Below, piece after piece: positions 59,937-64,000 of a DNA stretch of 64,000 nt. The notes under the pieces were generated by a model. That model had not been told where the DNA came from and made no database searches. It worked only from the letters and a program-made list of their open reading frames with translations. The number at the start of each line of letters is the position of its first letter. Position 1 is the first letter of the stretch. Source of the stretch: Promethearchaeota archaeon. Its GTDB lineage: Archaea; Asgardarchaeota; Lokiarchaeia; Sigyniarchaeales; SOKP01. Location of the stretch: assembly GCA_019058445.1 (NCBI GenBank), contig JAHPZA010000001.1:128001-192000 (forward strand), read 5' to 3'. The position numbers and the translations under genes are program-made.

Positions 59937-60359
59937 ATGGTTTGGCGGATGAACTCAATACCGCGTAAAGCCACGATATCAACAATGGGGAAAAAAAGGA
60001 GTAGATACATGGAAAGTCAATCTCAAGAAAAAGAAAAGAAAGATACAAAAAAAAAGAAGAAAAAGAAAGATTCTATTGTAACCTCATGCAGATGGCGAAA
60101 GGATATTTACAGAATTGAGGAATGGAAAACGCTGATTAAAGGCGATATGAAGAAACTGAAAAAACGCTATTATACGCTCTTTAATAGGGGAGTACAACCA
60201 AACGATATACAAGGCGGAGTATTGTATGACCAATTAGCAGAGAAATTAGTGTTATTGATGATTAAAGCGAAGATCAATTCGGACGAGTACGGGATTGCGA
60301 TCACCCACGATGAAGTACAGCCAATCATTAACAAACTGAAGGAAGGTGGGGTACTATAG
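59937..60359 (+). CDS. Hypothetical protein
   Basis: 140 aa ORF in a GC-richer patch; no motif recognised. Confidence 0.55.
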   Translation: MVWRMNSIPRKATISTMGKKRSRYMESQSQEKEKKDTKKKKKKKDSIVTSCRWRKDIYRIEEWKTLIKGDMKKLKKRYYTLFNRGVQPNDIQGGVLYDQLAEKLVLLMIKAKINSDEYGIAITHDEVQPIINKLKEGGVL

Positions 60360-60427
60360 ATTTTGCACAATGGGTTCTCAATGAAAAAGAGAGGCAGGAG
60401 AGAGAGAAGCAAGAAAAGGAACGCGAT

Positions 60428-61075
60428 ATGAATCCGCAAAGCGAAGAGACTTCAAAAAAACTACAAAAAATTGCGAGATTTAGAAGTTTTAGCTCATATC
60501 CCCCTCCCTCACCCTCCGATAGTACTAAACCAACTATCAAGCAAAATGCCCCTGCGTTAAAACCACCCCCAGCACAGGATAAGAATAATATCATCCCTAT
60601 GCGAACAGTGAAAGTGAAATGCCCCATTTGTAGCGCACAAAAAGAGATTGACATACCAGAAAGTGTTATTAACCATAGTAAACAACTGGCAACTGTGTCG
60701 ATCAATCCGCACTCGGTATGTAATCATTCTTTTCAAATCTTTATTGACAAGAATTTTAAAGTACGCGGGTATCAGAAACCAGAATACGAAGTGAACGGGA
60801 CGGGGCAGACAAAAAAAGAAGATGCCAAATTTGAGAGAATGCAAAAAGTATTTGCGGGAATTCAACATCTAAAAGACTATGATAAAGCCAAAGAGAAGAA
60901 GAATATCCCTAAGAATAGGGCAGATGAACACACATCTACCCTTGAACAGAGGATACAACAGAAGAAAATGACATTAGAAGACATTTACGAGATATTTTGG
61001 CAGGATATAGACGATGAGAACCGAGAATTTCGAGAATTTATTGTCAAAGATCCACGACGTGAGACGAGATCCTAA
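60428..61075 (+). CDS. Hypothetical protein with CxxC...CxH...VRGY Zn-binding domain
   Basis: CPIC...CNHSFQIFID...VRGYQK, paralogous to the N-terminus of 54937-55830. Confidence 0.75.
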   Translation: MNPQSEETSKKLQKIARFRSFSSYPPPSPSDSTKPTIKQNAPALKPPPAQDKNNIIPMRTVKVKCPICSAQKEIDIPESVINHSKQLATVSINPHSVCNHSFQIFIDKNFKVRGYQKPEYEVNGTGQTKKEDAKFERMQKVFAGIQHLKDYDKAKEKKNIPKNRADEHTSTLEQRIQQKKMTLEDIYEIFWQDIDDENREFREFIVKDPRRETRS

Positions 61076-61174
61076 TATAGAGGGAATTGAAATTCTCATA
61101 TCTTTTATATAAAAGAATGACCTAATAAGAAATATAAATCCTAAAAAGCGTTAGATGAATTTTTAGTAAATAAG

Positions 61175-61378
61175 GTGTCGTATATAACCTATAAAGGACA
61201 AAGATATTATGTAAAAGATGGAGATTTAAGACTCAGTTCTTTAGGTATAAGTGATATAAGTGAGATAGATGGATTGGAAACATTTACTAATCTACAAGGA
61301 TTACATCTTCGGGATAATTCAAAATTGGAGATAAAAAGATTGGAGAAGCTTACTGATCTACAAGCACTATTAAATTAG
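61175..61378 (+). pseudogene. Truncated leucine-rich repeat protein
   Basis: LRLSSLGISDISEIDGLETFTNLQGLHLRDN, then early stop. Confidence 0.6.
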
Positions 61379-61457
61379 AAATAAAATCATAAATAAGATT
61401 TTTTCTTTATTCGTAATTAATTATACTTCTAAAATAATAAAATACTTCTATTAAATT

Positions 61458-61673
61458 ATGTCACGTTCTAAGCCATATGTGGATAAGGATGAAGAACTCA
61501 CAGAAAAAGAGAAAAGAATGGTAGTTATTGGACTGATATTACTTATACTTGGTCTTTTTATTGCTTTACTTTTTTCTGATTTTGTATATGTAGGACTTGC
61601 TTTATTTTGTATTGACATTTGTCTTGCACTTGTTTTTGGCAGTAAGGGAGGGGTTTCTAAATTTGATTTTTAA
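61458..61673 (+). CDS. Small 2-TM membrane protein
   Basis: Two hydrophobic segments. Confidence 0.6.
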   Translation: MSRSKPYVDKDEELTEKEKRMVVIGLILLILGLFIALLFSDFVYVGLALFCIDICLALVFGSKGGVSKFDF

Positions 61674-62277
61674 AAGCTACGAAGTGGAAATAAAATGACT
61701 GATGACGAGATAATATTATGGGAAAAACAATTTCTAGATTTTTTCAAAAGTTCAAAATTTTTATATGATTTCAATCTTTAGGAGAATCTTCAATCGCTCT
61801 CTGAAAATTCTCAAAAAAAAAAGACAAGACTCAAATGCATTTAAATACATCATTTCTTATGATCTTATATAGAAAACGACGTGCGAGGGGTTATGCCACA
61901 TAAACATTATTGAGAAAATTAAAAAAAATAGTATGAAAAGCGCCATCCTTATCGCTATTATAAAAAACCTTATCGTATTTGCGATCCAACTAAATTTTCT
62001 TGTGTTACTTTGATTCTTTTTTCATTATTAGTTATATTTGGTCAGAATGTATTGATGTTACTAATTCTATTAATAATCCTATTTATTTGGTCAGTTTTAT
62101 TTATCCTATTATTATTTTTTTTTAGTGAGAGAAAAAGTCCAGAGGAAATAGAACCAGAAGAAAAATAAAAAATATTTTATATTACACTTTTTGAGAATTT
62201 GTAGTACTTTTTTATTTTGCAGGATGAAATTTAAAATTATTATTCCTTCAAATATGTATAAAAAGAAATAAGAGAAA

Positions 62278-62745
62278 ATGGCTCTTAAACTTTATATAGC
62301 TTCCATTGAAGAGAAAGAGAAGATTTATAATGCGTTGATTGAATATTCCAAAGAACTTAAGCAATTTCAAGAACATACGTCAAGAGAGATTGCATCAGAG
62401 AAATATTTTGATGATTATTGGACCGAATCACAGAGGTTTCCTATAGTTGTATATGACGACGATAAGTTGATTGGATTTTGTTTACTTAGAAGTGAGAAAA
62501 ACTATTACAGTATAGCAGAATTTTATATAAAACCAAAGTTCAGACGTTTTGGCTATGGTACAAAACTATTAAATTTTACACTAGAGTTCTGTAAAAGGAG
62601 GGGAATTCATAGTTCCATCATTGCTATTTCATTGGTAAAGAATATAAGAGCAAATGATTTTTGGATAGTCAATGGTTTTATTAGATATAAAGAGGTTTTT
62701 CTTGAAAATGAGAGGTATAATTGCAATTTAAAGGAATTGATTTAA
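62278..62745 (+). CDS. GNAT family N-acetyltransferase
   Basis: IAEFYIKPKFRRFGYG and N..A..FW...GF motifs. Confidence 0.9.
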   Translation: MALKLYIASIEEKEKIYNALIEYSKELKQFQEHTSREIASEKYFDDYWTESQRFPIVVYDDDKLIGFCLLRSEKNYYSIAEFYIKPKFRRFGYGTKLLNFTLEFCKRRGIHSSIIAISLVKNIRANDFWIVNGFIRYKEVFLENERYNCNLKELI

Positions 62746-62820
62746 AATTTAATGATTTTAGGAAATATGAAAAAATAAAATCTATCGAATATTTATGTAA
62801 AAATAAACGTTAAATGTGAA

Positions 62821-64000
62821 ATGAAAATGGCAGATTTTGAACCTAAAATTGTAAGTAAAGAAGAATTGAGTAGAATCTCTGCTGATGTAAATCCAGAAGA
62901 ATTATTACTATTTGACGATCATTGTTTAAATGTCCACTATGAATCAAAAGTATTACTTGGAGCAAAAGAGCCGGGATCACCCTGGGTGGTAACGAAAGAT
63001 ATTAAAACCGGAGAGAAAGCGGAGATTCTTGATTGCACCTCACAAAATTGGACTTTAGCATTGGGATTCGCCCATCCTGACGTAAATTATGCGGTCACCG
63101 AACAAATGAAAAGACTCACTCATGTCAAATCCGCTGGTGTTTCTCCTGCTCGAGCCAAATTTGCAAATAAATTATCCGAATTGGTCCCAGGAAGATTGAA
63201 AGGTGGCAGAGTTCATGTTAATAATTCAGGGGGTAGTTTAGCACTTGAAGCTGCAATAAAGCTCGCGCTAGTCGCAGGTAAAGGAGCGGATCAATTATTA
63301 GTGTTCAGGGGCGGATATCACGGGAATACATTAGCCATGATAACCGCGTCACAACCAATTCATACCGTAACGCGATTTCGCCCATTTGGAGTGGATAGAT
63401 TCGTTCGTTGTCCCCAACCGTATTGCTATAGATGTATGTGGAACTATAAAAATGGTTTGTATGGTAAAAAAGACCCTCAATGTAATTTGGAATGCTTTAA
63501 TTTAGTGAAAGAATATTTACGGGGATTATCCTCAAGAAAAATAGCTGGAGTGATCTTAGAAGTATGTCAAGCAGCAGGGGGTCATATTCCTTTTCCGCCA
63601 GAGTTTCTGTTGAAATTAAGAGAAGTATGTGATGAAGAAAAGATTCTCATTATTTATGATGAGTCCCAAACAGCAGTTTGGAGGTCTGGAAAATATTTCT
63701 CTCTCACAGAGAGATATGAAAAGGAATTAAGTATTGATGTGTCTCCTGATATGATGTGTTTTACGAAAGCCATTGGAGGAGGTTTCCCGTTAGGCGCGAT
63801 GATCGCAAGCCCAAAGATTAAAAAGAGATTTAGTCCCTCAGAAGATCATACCACTTTTTCTAATACCCCAATAGGAATGACAGCTGGCCTAGCAGCATTT
63901 AAAGTTATTGAGCAAGGGAAAATTAATGAAAATTGTGAGAAGAGAGGCAAACAAATCACAAAGAGATTAAAAGAACTCCAAGAAAAATATGAAGTTATAG
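62821..64000 (+). CDS. Class III PLP aminotransferase (3' end outside window; absent from the ORF track)
   Basis: Manual translation: LALGFAHP, NNSGG..LEAAIK, FRGGYHG, YDESQT, PDMMCFTKAIGGGFP. Confidence 0.9.
   Translation, partial: MKMADFEPKIVSKEELSRISADVNPEELLLFDDHCLNVHYESKVLLGAKEPGSPWVVTKDIKTGEKAEILDCTSQNWTLALGFAHPDVNYAVTEQMKRLTHVKSAGVSPARAKFANKLSELVPGRLKGGRVHVNNSGGSLALEAAIKLALVAGKGADQLLVFRGGYHGNTLAMITASQPIHTVTRFRPFGVDRFVRCPQPYCYRCMWNYKNGLYGKKDPQCNLECFNLVKEYLRGLSSRKIAGVILEVCQAAGGHIPFPPEFLLKLREVCDEEKILIIYDESQTAVWRSGKYFSLTERYEKELSIDVSPDMMCFTKAIGGGFPLGAMIASPKIKKRFSPSEDHTTFSNTPIGMTAGLAAFKVIEQGKINENCEKRGKQITKRLKELQEKYEVI

Noticed and set aside
639-60868. Short antisense or overlapping ORFs in the track (e.g. 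639-1010, 2074-2436, 5427-5696, 16030-16341, 28267-28542, 36201-36455, 51226-51594, 56090-56617, 60328-60705)
   Set aside because: They shadow well-supported genes on the opposite strand or in another frame and have no motifs

Overview
AT-rich archaeal chromosomal segment, most consistent with an Asgard archaeon (Lokiarchaeia-like). The evidence is an unsplit Rpo2, TFE, PAN, NAC and Cbf5, plus three eukaryote-like small GTPases (Roadblock-Rab fusion, Rab with a Pro-rich repeat tail and Zn ribbon, Arf/Rag-like). Positions 1-15 kb and 31-59 kb are mostly housekeeping and metabolic genes, with three tRNA genes (Thr-CGT, Lys-TTT, Cys-GCA), each carrying an insertion at a non-canonical intron position. 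The main accessory feature is an approximately 11.7 kb low-GC, integrase-less defence-type island bounded by two diverged copies of the 3' end of nrdD. The intact copy is 16782-17208; a decayed copy with 5 stop codons lies at 28499-28940; both begin with the same 12-mer, AATTCCTCAATC. The island carries an HNH-STAND-like protein, a Shedu nuclease, an ABC-ATPase fused to a Schlafen/AlbA_2 domain, and an HD + DUF2284 + radical SAM/SPASM + wHTH module. Between the displaced nrdD end and nrdG sits a Zn-ribbon protein ending in an apparently splicing-dead intein with a LAGLIDADG endonuclease. The right end (59.6-62.2 kb) is a decayed plasticity zone. No CRISPR array, rRNA, transposase or integrase was seen. 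All calls come from motif recognition by eye; no searches were run.
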